This document shows positions 40,979 to 49,434 of a stretch of DNA of 64,000 bases, piece after piece. Each line of letters opens with the position of its first letter. The stretch's first letter is position 1. The translations under genes were made by a program, and so were the position numbers. The stretch is taken from contig JBFWZE010000001.1 of the NCBI GenBank assembly GCA_050185685.1, forward strand, positions 2,421 to 66,420. Reading direction: 5' to 3'. The stretch comes from Dehalococcoidia bacterium. GTDB lineage: Bacteria > Chloroflexota > Dehalococcoidia > DSTF01 > WHTK01. The notes under the pieces are model-generated. The model was given only the letters and a program-made list of their open reading frames with translations. It was not told where the DNA came from and searched no databases.

Positions 40979-41947
40979 GTGAAGATCGGCATTGAGCTCC
41001 ATCATCGTCTCGGCGTCGACTACGTCCTGGAAGAGGCGCGGAGCGCCGATGACCAGGGCTTTGACTCCGTATGGCTCAGCGATCACCTCTTCCGAGGCCG
41101 TGGTCAAGACGTGCCGGACGGACCGCTGGAGATGATGACTCTGGCCACCGCCATCGGTGCAGTCACGAAGCAGACGCGAATTGCGTGGGGCGCGCTGAAC
41201 ATTACCCTGCGCCCGCCGGCTCTGCTCGCGAAGATGCTTGCCAGCCTCGACCAGCTGACTCATGGCCGGGTTATCGCCACGCTCGGCTCGGGCTGGAACA
41301 CACCTGAGTGGACCGCCTATGACCTCCCGCACATCGAGGACCACGATGAGCGAGCTGCCTATGCCCGTGAGGTGATCCAGCTCTTCAAGCATCTCTGGAC
41401 CCATCCCGCACCCGAGCTCACGACGTTCGAGGGCAAGTACGTGAAGGTGAAGGATTTGCCCTTCAACCCGCAGCCCTTCCAGAAGCCCCACCCGCCGATC
41501 TGGTTTGGCGGCGAGTCCCCCGCCACGATGCAGACCGTCAAATCGCTCTGCGATGGCTGGATGAACATGCCATCGCACAACAACCCTGCGCGGCTGAAGG
41601 AGTACCTCGACACGGGGGATTGGCCAGACCGGCCGTTTACGATCCACCAGCGCAGTCACATCATTGTCGCCAGAGACCGCGCGACCGCGATCGAGGCCGC
41701 CAGGGAAGACTACGAATCCCTCAAGGCGACCGAGGCGATCTTCGCGCCCCCATCATTTGAAGACTTCTTGAATGAAGAGGTGGTCGGGACTCCGGACGAG
41801 TGCATTCAGCAGCTCCGGAGCATGCAGGCCCGCGGCGTCAACCACCTCCGAATACGGTTCACCAGCGAGGCCCGGCGCGAAGCTGCCGCCCTCATGGTCC
41901 TTCCTCGCCTGGCAGAGGTGGACGAAGAGGAACTCATAAGGTCCTAG
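40979..41947 (+). CDS. LLM-class flavin/F420-dependent oxidoreductase
   Basis: MKIGIELHHRLGVDYVLEEARSADDQGFDSVWLSDHLF, a luciferase-like monooxygenase fold. GTG start with an AAGAGGA ribosome-binding site. Confidence 0.8.
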   Translation: MKIGIELHHRLGVDYVLEEARSADDQGFDSVWLSDHLFRGRGQDVPDGPLEMMTLATAIGAVTKQTRIAWGALNITLRPPALLAKMLASLDQLTHGRVIATLGSGWNTPEWTAYDLPHIEDHDERAAYAREVIQLFKHLWTHPAPELTTFEGKYVKVKDLPFNPQPFQKPHPPIWFGGESPATMQTVKSLCDGWMNMPSHNNPARLKEYLDTGDWPDRPFTIHQRSHIIVARDRATAIEAAREDYESLKATEAIFAPPSFEDFLNEEVVGTPDECIQQLRSMQARGVNHLRIRFTSEARREAAALMVLPRLAEVDEEELIRS

Positions 41948-42111
41948 ACGGCACACGATTCGTTCACGGTGTCAGTCGCCCCACCGTCGCGACCGCTTAC
42001 TCAGGGGGATGGCGCGGGCGGTCGGCCCTAAACTTCCTGATTGCCGGACAACACGGATGGGCCGGTGCAAACCAGCCCATCCGTCATCGTTCGGTCGAAG
42101 TGCCCAGCTTG

Positions 42112-43716
42112 TTAGACCTCGATTGGCTTCAAAATGAGCGCCGTGTCAGGGACCACCTGCGAAGCACCGGCAATCGCCTGCTCGGTGCGGACCTTGCCCG
42201 GCACGACGACCGCTGCGAACACCGCAGCCAAACCGAGGAGCACCGCGCTGGCAATGAAGCCCGTCGTGAATGCGTCGACGAAGCTCGCCTGGGCCGCAGC
42301 CAGCAGAGTCGACTGCATGTCGGCGGGGAGCGATTGCGCGAGGACGGTCGCAACTCCGATGCCCTCGCTCGCCGGGTGCGCTACTTCGTGAGGCACGGTC
42401 GCGGCGAGTGCCGCCTCGACGTTGGCGCGATAGAGGGAGCTGACGAAGCTGCCTACTGCTGCGATACCGAGCGCGGACCCGAGCTCGCGGCTCACGTCAT
42501 TCAGGGCCGAACCGACACCGGCGTCGTCAACGGGGACGGCCGCCATCACCATGTCGGTCAGTGGCGCCATGCCGAGGCCGCCGGCGAGGCCGAACAGTGC
42601 GAGGTTGAGGATGATGCGAATCGTCGAGCTGTCAGCTTCGATCTGCGAGAGCAGCGCGACCGCAACCGCAACAACAGCAACCGCTGAACTGATAAGAAGC
42701 TTCGGTCCGACTCGGTGGACGACAGCGCCGGAGATCGGGGCGCCGATCATCATCGCGAATGCACAGGGAAGTCCCAGCAGGCCGGCCTCGAAGGCGGAGC
42801 GGCCCTGCACAAGCTGGTAGAACTGTGTCAGGAAGAAGAACACGACGGAGATGGCGAAGAAGACCGTGCCGACGATGACCACGCCGGCGGTGAAGTCACG
42901 TTCGCGGAAGAACTGCATCGGCAGCATTGGAGAAGACGCGCGGCGTTCGACGATGAAGAACAGGAGGCCTGCGACCGCCGACACTGCCAGGGATGCGAGG
43001 ACCTGGACGTCGGTCCAGCCGTGCTCGCCGCCGGCGATGATGCCGTAGACGAGAGTGCCGAGCGTAATGGTCCCGGTGATCGCGCCGGGGATGTCCAGGG
43101 CGCGGGGGCGCGGGTCGCGAGATTCCGGGACGATGGTGAGACCTGCGAGCGCGGCCAGGACGACCGGGACGTGCAGGAAGAAGATTGATGACCAGCCGGT
43201 GTGGTCGACGAGGTAGCCGCCGAAGGCCGGACCCATGCCCATCGCAAGGGCGCTGACGCCGGTCCAGATGCCGATGGCCTTGGCGCGCTCATCACGCGGG
43301 AAGACGTTGGTAATGATTGAAAGGGTTGCTGGCATGACGAGCGCGCCGCCGACACCTTGCAGGGCACGGAAGCCGATGAGCTGCTCTGCGCTCGTCGCGA
43401 GGCCTGCGCCAACAGACGCAGCGCCAAAGATGACCATGCCGGCAGTCAGCCAGCGCCGCCGGCCAAAGATGTCACCGATCGTCCCGCCTACCAGCAGGAG
43501 GCCGGCAAGCATCAGGACGTAGCCGTCGACGATCCACTGCATCTCGCCGGTGGACGCGCGCAGGTCGCGTGCCATTGACGGCAGCGCCGTGTTCACAATC
43601 GTGTTGTCGAGCATCAGCATGAAGATGCTGAGCGACATGACTGCGAGGATGGCCCAGCGGCGCGGGTGGCCGCTGGACTCCTCGAACTGCTCAAGGACAT
43701 TGTTCGTGGTCTTCAT
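42112..43716 (-). CDS. DHA2-family (EmrB/QacA-like, 14-TMS) MFS efflux transporter
   Basis: 534 aa. MLMLDNTIVNTALP and GDIFGRRR motifs of drug:H+ antiporter-2. 40-nt gap to the upstream Cys-rich gene. Confidence 0.85.
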   Translation of the reverse strand: MKTTNNVLEQFEESSGHPRRWAILAVMSLSIFMLMLDNTIVNTALPSMARDLRASTGEMQWIVDGYVLMLAGLLLVGGTIGDIFGRRRWLTAGMVIFGAASVGAGLATSAEQLIGFRALQGVGGALVMPATLSIITNVFPRDERAKAIGIWTGVSALAMGMGPAFGGYLVDHTGWSSIFFLHVPVVLAALAGLTIVPESRDPRPRALDIPGAITGTITLGTLVYGIIAGGEHGWTDVQVLASLAVSAVAGLLFFIVERRASSPMLPMQFFRERDFTAGVVIVGTVFFAISVVFFFLTQFYQLVQGRSAFEAGLLGLPCAFAMMIGAPISGAVVHRVGPKLLISSAVAVVAVAVALLSQIEADSSTIRIILNLALFGLAGGLGMAPLTDMVMAAVPVDDAGVGSALNDVSRELGSALGIAAVGSFVSSLYRANVEAALAATVPHEVAHPASEGIGVATVLAQSLPADMQSTLLAAAQASFVDAFTTGFIASAVLLGLAAVFAAVVVPGKVRTEQAIAGASQVVPDTALILKPIEV

Positions 43717-43756
43717 CTCGTTATCCCTTTCGCTTGTCTCTGACTGACCGAGGGGG

Positions 43757-44149
43757 CTAGGCGTGAGTCACGGCCATGCCGGCGCAGGTGCAAGACGCCT
43801 GCTCACACCCGCAAGCGCTGCAGGTGTTGACGCCCGCGCAGGAGCACTTCACGCACTCGCAGACGCCGGCCGATGCCGCGCAGGTGCAGGTTTCGCCCGA
43901 CGCGCACGAGCACTCGCCGAGGTGGCAGGAAGCGCCGCAGAAGCAGGGGTCGCAGGCGCATCCGCCGAGCGAGTCGCAGTCGCAGGCTTCGTTCGATGAG
44001 CAGATGCAGGCGGCGCTGGTTGCGACGACGCCGCAAGAGCAGTCAGTACAGCCGCAGGTCGTGCAGTCGCACTGCTCGGTGCAGGAGCACTCGTTGCAGA
44101 TGCAGACGGCGTCGATCCGGTTCGGGAGGGTCCTGGCGATGGTGTTCAT
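43757..44149 (-). CDS. Cysteine-rich protein (130 aa, 32 Cys, about 15 CxC motifs), metallothionein-like
   Basis: AAGGAG ribosome-binding site 9 nt before the ATG at 44149. MNTIARTLPNRIDAVCICNECSCTEQCDCTTCGCTDCSC...CSACGCEQASCTCAGMAVTHA. GC-rich TGC codons match host usage. Sits between the GNAT and the MFS genes on the same strand. Confidence 0.6.
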   Translation of the reverse strand: MNTIARTLPNRIDAVCICNECSCTEQCDCTTCGCTDCSCGVVATSAACICSSNEACDCDSLGGCACDPCFCGASCHLGECSCASGETCTCAASAGVCECVKCSCAGVNTCSACGCEQASCTCAGMAVTHA

Positions 44150-44219
44150 TTCGAGGTTCTCCTTGCTTTCTTGCTGATGTGCTGGGTGGATTTCGATGGA
44201 CGTCACTTGAGGTGTCTCC

Positions 44220-44864
44220 TTAACGGGCCGGCACGATGGCGCAGGCGCAGCCACCGGATGCTGTCTGAGGCCGCTCGCAGCAGCAGCCGTCGCAGCCCCA
44301 GCAGGGGTCGAGGTCGCTGTCCGCAAGCCGGATGCGGAAGACCTGGCTTGCCACTTCGGTGCGCTCCTGGTCTTCAAAGGGAGCGAGGGCCGACCTGCCG
44401 CTCTCGTCGAAGGACAGCTCAGCCACCGGCACGAAGCCGGCGCGCTCGATGCCGATCCCGGAGGGAAGGTTCTCGGGGGCGAAGAGGATCCAGACCCTTG
44501 TTGCCGGAGGGCATTCGCGGCGGATGATCTCGGCCAGGAGCTGCGGGTAGATCCCGCGGCCACGAAAGCCAGGCAGCGTCGCGAAGTCCCACAGGTAGCG
44601 GTGACCGGCAGGCAGCTGGACTTCGAGGTCCAGCTCGCCGATCGAGGCGTTTCGCGTCGCCACCCAGCCATAGCCGGCCGGCTTGCCTTCCAGCATCGCG
44701 AGGTACGGCCGGTGTCCGTCCCGCCTCCGCCGCGTCACTTCGTCAATTGAGAGGTTGGCGATGCGGGCCAGCAGACCGTCATCGGCGGCCGCTTCGACCG
44801 TCAGGCCGGGCTGCAGCGCCAGGTGAGGAAGTCCGTCTTCGTACCACCAGGTTGCGAGTGCCAT
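44220..44864 (-). CDS. GNAT-family N-acyltransferase with a Cys-rich C-terminal tail
   Basis: GGAAGGAGA ribosome-binding site. GNAT motif A LPGFRGRGIYPQLL. The C-terminus DPCWGCDGCCCERPQTASGGCACAIVPAR has 8 Cys in 30 residues. Confidence 0.65.
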   Translation of the reverse strand: MALATWWYEDGLPHLALQPGLTVEAAADDGLLARIANLSIDEVTRRRRDGHRPYLAMLEGKPAGYGWVATRNASIGELDLEVQLPAGHRYLWDFATLPGFRGRGIYPQLLAEIIRRECPPATRVWILFAPENLPSGIGIERAGFVPVAELSFDESGRSALAPFEDQERTEVASQVFRIRLADSDLDPCWGCDGCCCERPQTASGGCACAIVPAR

Positions 44865-45031
44865 CTACTTGTCTCCTTCCTGTTTGTTTCTGCAGTCAGG
44901 CTAGGAGTGGCACGAGAGGGTGAAATCACACCGATGGGTGAAGCCGAAGGGTGATTGCGAGCGATTGAACGGGTGGGTACACACCCGGGGTTGGTAGACT
45001 TGCGATCGTTCTGAGGGAGGAACCCCGATCC

Positions 45032-47689
45032 ATGGTCGAGTCGGCGCCGGCTCCGCTACTCGAGACCAAGCTGCGGCCGCCGCACGCGCGAGAGTCCGTT
45101 CTGGCTCGACCTCGCCTCGTCGAATTGACTCAGCGCGTCCTCGAAGTGCCGCTCACCCTGGCGGCGGCGCCCGCCGGGTTCGGAAAGACGACGCTTCTTC
45201 TCGATTGGTACAACCGGCTACATCCGCATGCACGGGCCTGGGTGTCACTCGACGAGACCGATAACGATGCGGACCAGCTGGCGCTGTATCTGCGTACCGC
45301 TGTGGGCCGGACCCTGAAAGACGCGGTGCTGGAAGGCGAGCAGTTCTCGCTCGAGGCGACCGTCGCGGAGTTCGTGAACCGAACGGCGGCCAGCAATGAG
45401 CCGCTCATCCTCTTTCTCGACGACTATCACCTCATCGAATCCCCTCGGGCTCACGCGGCGCTAACCTTCCTCCTCGAGCATCAGCCGCCGGCGTTCCACC
45501 TCGTCCTGGGCACCCGTCATGACCCGCCGCTGCCCCTGGCTCGTCTGCGCGCTCGCGGGCGTCTGCTCGAGGTACGTGCCGAGGACTTGAGGTTCACGTC
45601 CGAGGAAGCGGACGGCATGCTCCAGGAACTGATCCCTTTCGACCTCTCCAGCGAGCAGCTGCGGGCACTCGAAGAGAAGACGGAGGGGTGGGCGGCAGCG
45701 CTGCAGCTCGCGGCGCTTTCACTGCAACGTTCGACGAACGCCGGCGCCTTCATCGAGGCGTTCAGCGGCTCGAATCGATTCGTCTTCGACTACCTGGCCG
45801 AGGAGGTCTTTCAGCGGCAGGACGCGGAGACGCAGACCTTCCTTCAGCAAACGGCGATCCTCGAGCGCCTCACCGGTGGCCTCTGTGACGCCGTCACCGG
45901 GTTGCCACGGGGCGACGTACGGCTGTCGGATCTGCTCAGGGCGAATCTCTTCCTGAATGCCCTCGGGGACGAAGAGCGCTGGTATCGCTACCATCACCTC
46001 TTTCGCGATTTCCTTCGCCGCACGCTTGAACAGCGCATGCCCGATGGGGTCCGTGGCCTGCACCGGCGCGCTTCCGAGTGGTTCTCTGCGAACGGCTTGC
46101 TGGACGAGGCGGTGGCACACGCGGTTGAGTCGGGCGATCAGGCCCTCGCCCTCACGCTGATCGAGCGGGGAATGCCTGCAGTGACGATGCGCGGCGACTT
46201 CCTTACGCCTGCTTTCGAGCGATGGATGGGGAGCTTGCCGCGGGACGAGGTCTATCGGCGGCCTCGCCTTGCGTTACCTCGGGCGCTAGCCTCTGCCCTG
46301 AGAGGCAGAGTCACAGAGGCGGAGCAAGTCGTAGACCGCGTCTCGAGGGTGGTCCTGGGGCAGGAGGCGCTGCCGCATGAAGCCGATGAAGACGAGCGCC
46401 GTGCGTTCTTCGGAATGCTGCAGACGGCAAGGGTCTACATCGCACGGTTCCGCGGCCGCCCGGACGAAGCGCTGGAGATCGCGGACGCGACGATGACCGA
46501 ACTCCCGCCTGAGGAGCCCGCACGCGCCTGGCTCGGCATGGTGCGACAGATGGTGCTGTTCGAGAAGTGGGCGCCGGACCTCGACGTGACGCTGGAGCAG
46601 GCGGCGCGAGTGTGTTTCAGCCAGGGGCACCTCGGGGGCGCAGTTGGCCTCCTCAATTTCGAGTTTTATCGCCTCGTCCTCTGCGGGCGGCTCGTCGACG
46701 CCGGAGACCACCTTCGCCGGTCCTTCCAGCGTGCGTATGACCATCATGCTCTGCCCGTCGTAGGCATGCTTCACGGAGCCCAGTCTGAGCTTCACTACGA
46801 GCGCGGTGAGCTGGACGACGCGGAAGAGGAAGCAAACCGCTGCCTTTCTTTTGGCGCGCCCGGTTTCACTCCCGGTGTCTTCACTCCGCCGGAGCTGACG
46901 CTCGCTCGTCTGCAGATCGCGGATGGCAGGAGCGACGAAGCGCGGGAATCGCTGCGGCGGCTCGAGGACCGGGCGCGACCGGTTGAAACGGTGCAGGGCC
47001 TGCGCTCCTACCCCGCCTTCATCGCCGACGTCCGCCTTCGGCTCGGTGACCTCGAAGGTGCGATGCGCTGGGCTGAGGCGTGCGGCGTCGGTCCCGACAC
47101 GCAACCCGATTTCGAAAACGAGTTCGTCTGTCTTGTCTACGCGCGTGTGCTCCAGGCTTCGGGCCGCGGCAGTGAGGTACTGTCGCTCCTCGCCCGCCTT
47201 CGGGAGGCGGCGAGCGATGCCGGGCGCCAGGGCCGCGTCGTGGACGCGTGGCTCATCGAGGCATGCATCCACTGGCGCAACGGTGACCAGCGAACGGCGA
47301 TGAGCACCCTAAACCGAGTGCTTCCCGTTGTGGAGCGTGAAAGGTATGTGAGGACACTCCTCGACCTCGGCCCGCCGATGCTGACGATGCTACATGAGGC
47401 CGCCGTCGGCGGCCCGCACGCCGCCTACGCATCGCAGCTGCTTTCGCTTGCCGGTGAAGAGGTATCGCCGTCAGCGCGTGCTCGGACAGCGAGCCCGGAC
47501 GATCTCAGCGAACGTGAGCAGGACGTGATCCGCCTGCTGGCGAAGGGCTACGCGAACCGCGAGATCGCCGACGAGCTTGTAGTCTCGCTTGATACGGTGA
47601 AGACGCACCTTCGCAATGCCTACATGAAGCTTGGCGTTCACAGCCGCACCCAGGCGATCACCAGGGCCCAGGAGCGCAAGCTGATCTAG
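45032..47689 (+). CDS. LAL-family (MalT-like) large ATP-binding LuxR regulator (paralog 2)
   Basis: P-loop [11 protein letters not shown], and a C-terminal Lux[47 protein letters not shown] ribosome-binding site. Confidence 0.85.
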   Translation: MVESAPAPLLETKLRPPHARESVLARPRLVELTQRVLEVPLTLAAAPAGFGKTTLLLDWYNRLHPHARAWVSLDETDNDADQLALYLRTAVGRTLKDAVLEGEQFSLEATVAEFVNRTAASNEPLILFLDDYHLIESPRAHAALTFLLEHQPPAFHLVLGTRHDPPLPLARLRARGRLLEVRAEDLRFTSEEADGMLQELIPFDLSSEQLRALEEKTEGWAAALQLAALSLQRSTNAGAFIEAFSGSNRFVFDYLAEEVFQRQDAETQTFLQQTAILERLTGGLCDAVTGLPRGDVRLSDLLRANLFLNALGDEERWYRYHHLFRDFLRRTLEQRMPDGVRGLHRRASEWFSANGLLDEAVAHAVESGDQALALTLIERGMPAVTMRGDFLTPAFERWMGSLPRDEVYRRPRLALPRALASALRGRVTEAEQVVDRVSRVVLGQEALPHEADEDERRAFFGMLQTARVYIARFRGRPDEALEIADATMTELPPEEPARAWLGMVRQMVLFEKWAPDLDVTLEQAARVCFSQGHLGGAVGLLNFEFYRLVLCGRLVDAGDHLRRSFQRAYDHHALPVVGMLHGAQSELHYERGELDDAEEEANRCLSFGAPGFTPGVFTPPELTLARLQIADGRSDEARESLRRLEDRARPVETVQGLRSYPAFIADVRLRLGDLEGAMRWAEACGVGPDTQPDFENEFVCLVYARVLQASGRGSEVLSLLARLREAASDAGRQGRVVDAWLIEACIHWRNGDQRTAMSTLNRVLPVVERERYVRTLLDLGPPMLTMLHEAAVGGPHAAYASQLLSLAGEEVSPSARARTASPDDLSEREQDVIRLLAKGYANREIADELVVSLDTVKTHLRNAYMKLGVHSRTQAITRAQERKLI

Positions 47690-47728
47690 CTCTCAGGCGC
47701 GTTAATTGAGCCAGAACGTCTGGTGTCT

Positions 47729-47815
47729 TGGTGCCGGGAGTGGGGATCGAACCCACATGTCATTGCTGACGGCGGATTTTAAGTCCGCTGCGTTTGCCAA
47801 TTTCGCCATCCCGGC
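47729..47815 (-). tRNA. tRNA-Leu (anticodon TAA), with a long variable arm and encoded CCA
   Basis: The reverse complement gives GCCGGGATGGCGAAATTGGCAAACGCAGCGGACTTAAAATCCGCCGTCAGCAATGACATGTGGGTTCGATCCCCACTCCCGGCACCA. It has a 7-bp acceptor stem, anticodon loop CTTAAAA and T-loop GGTTCGATCC. Confidence 0.8.
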
Positions 47816-48023
47816 CCGAGCGCGACGGAGACGATTTCGAGGTCGTTCGGCACGTCGAAGCCGGCGTGGTTATTCGTGCGCCGGCATCTAGCACCAGGGG
47901 AATCTCCGAGCATGCCAATTATAGCCGGGCGCTGAACTCAGACTCCCGAAACACGTCCGGATTGGAGCGTGAGTACTCCTTATGACGGCCGCCGGGATGA
48001 CGTTTGACGCGGCAGGCAGGGCG

Positions 48024-48060
48024 GCGGGCTCTGGAGGTCCATAAGGCCGCCAGAGCCCGC
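48024..48060. terminator. Terminator hairpin downstream of Rieske paralog 3
   Basis: gcgggctctgg-(15 nt)-ccagagcccgc, an 11-bp perfect stem 18 nt beyond the stop at 48078. Confidence 0.55.
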
Positions 48061-48077
48061 TACTGCGAGGCTTCCGC

Positions 48078-49400
48078 TCAGACGCGGTCCTCGGGAAGCG
48101 ATGGCCGGTTGCTCTTCAGGTCTTCCCAGCTCTCAGCCGCCATCCAGGCCGCCCAGTTGCGGTAGTGCCAGAGCTGCGCATGCTCGTTCACGCCGGTGAG
48201 GATGTAGCCCGGGCCGGTCTCGTCGCGCGTCACTTCGCCGTGGCCGAGGTTCATCGCGTAGTGGAGCGGGAACTTCGAGCTCATTACGCCCGACATCGCC
48301 CGCGTGCTCTCGCCCCAGTTCTCGCCGTCCTCCTGCTCCAGCATGCCTGCCGGGCCGAAGACGTGGTTCGCCATGCCGACGAGCATGCGGTGGTGCTGCG
48401 GCGGCAGCTCCTTGTTGAGGACCGTGAACCACCAGATCTCGGTGCTGTAGGGGCCTTTGGGGTGGCGCAGGCTGATCTGGCTGCTGCCGGTTGCGACCCA
48501 CATGTTCGGGAAGATATGCGGGTGACCGGCCGCCTTTGCGCCGACGGTACCGAGCGCCTGCTTCGCCTCCGGCCGCTCCTGCCATGAGGGGTCGTTGCCA
48601 ATCTTGCGCAGGAGCCGCTCGCTCTCGCCGAGCATCGCTGGGCCGCCGATCGCGTGGCCGTAGTCACCCAGCACGGCGATGTGCTCCGGGAAGTACTGGT
48701 TGTCCTTGCGCTCGAAGGGGAACATGCCGGTGAGCACCGCGGACGAGTGAGTCAGCGGCGCGTGGTACCAGTCCCAGACGTTGTCGGCGGCGAACTTCCA
48801 GTTGCAGGGGATCGTGAACTTCTGAATGCCGCCGACGATCGCCATATCGCCGCGCATTGCCAGCTCATCGATCGAAAGCCGGCCGACGTCGCCGAGGTAC
48901 TCGTCGAGGTCCGGCGCCGTCTCGTCCATCGTCGCAAAGACGAAGCCGTGGTAGCTGTCGACCTTCGCCGCCTTGATCAGGCCCCAGTTCTCGCGGTCAA
49001 GCTCCTCGTGGTAGACCTCCTTGAAGCCCGGTACACCGACGAGGTTGCCCTTCAGGTCGTACGTCCAGCCGTGGTAGGTGCACATGAATGACGTCGCATG
49101 ACCTTCTTCGGCGCGGCAGACGGCATTGCCTCGGTGACGGCAGCTGTTGATCAGCACCTGCGGCTGCATGTCGTTGTCGCGAACGACGATGACGCGGTCT
49201 TCGCCGATGAAGGTCATGAAGAAGTCGCCGGGGTTCGGGATCTGGCTGTCGTGGCACATGAAGTTCCATGCGCGCGCGAAGATGCGCTCTAGCTCGACCT
49301 GGTAGATGTCGGGGTCGGTGAAGATACGCCGGTCGACGACCGCCTTCTCGCCATCCACGAAGCGCAGGAAGTCTTTCGGCTGGTTCAGTTGTAGTGTCAC
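48078..49400 (-). CDS. Rieske non-heme iron ring-hydroxylating oxygenase, alpha subunit (paralog 3). Its N-terminal Rieske domain is near-identical to paralog 1.
   Basis: CRHRGNAVC...CTYHGW motif and Fe ligands DNVWDWYH...THSS. GTG start with an AAGGGAGA ribosome-binding site. It lies 34 nt downstream of the solute-binding-protein gene. Confidence 0.85.
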   Translation of the reverse strand: MTLQLNQPKDFLRFVDGEKAVVDRRIFTDPDIYQVELERIFARAWNFMCHDSQIPNPGDFFMTFIGEDRVIVVRDNDMQPQVLINSCRHRGNAVCRAEEGHATSFMCTYHGWTYDLKGNLVGVPGFKEVYHEELDRENWGLIKAAKVDSYHGFVFATMDETAPDLDEYLGDVGRLSIDELAMRGDMAIVGGIQKFTIPCNWKFAADNVWDWYHAPLTHSSAVLTGMFPFERKDNQYFPEHIAVLGDYGHAIGGPAMLGESERLLRKIGNDPSWQERPEAKQALGTVGAKAAGHPHIFPNMWVATGSSQISLRHPKGPYSTEIWWFTVLNKELPPQHHRMLVGMANHVFGPAGMLEQEDGENWGESTRAMSGVMSSKFPLHYAMNLGHGEVTRDETGPGYILTGVNEHAQLWHYRNWAAWMAAESWEDLKSNRPSLPEDRV

Positions 49401-49434
49401 GTATGGTCTCCCTTGTTGTCGGCCGGCAACGCGC

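Noticed and set aside
43776-44223. Gln-rich and Arg-rich ORFs on the plus strand opposite the Cys-rich gene
   Set aside because: They are reverse-complement shadows of the TGC-dense coding sequence (GCA/CAG repeats). The minus-strand gene has the RBS and the operon context.
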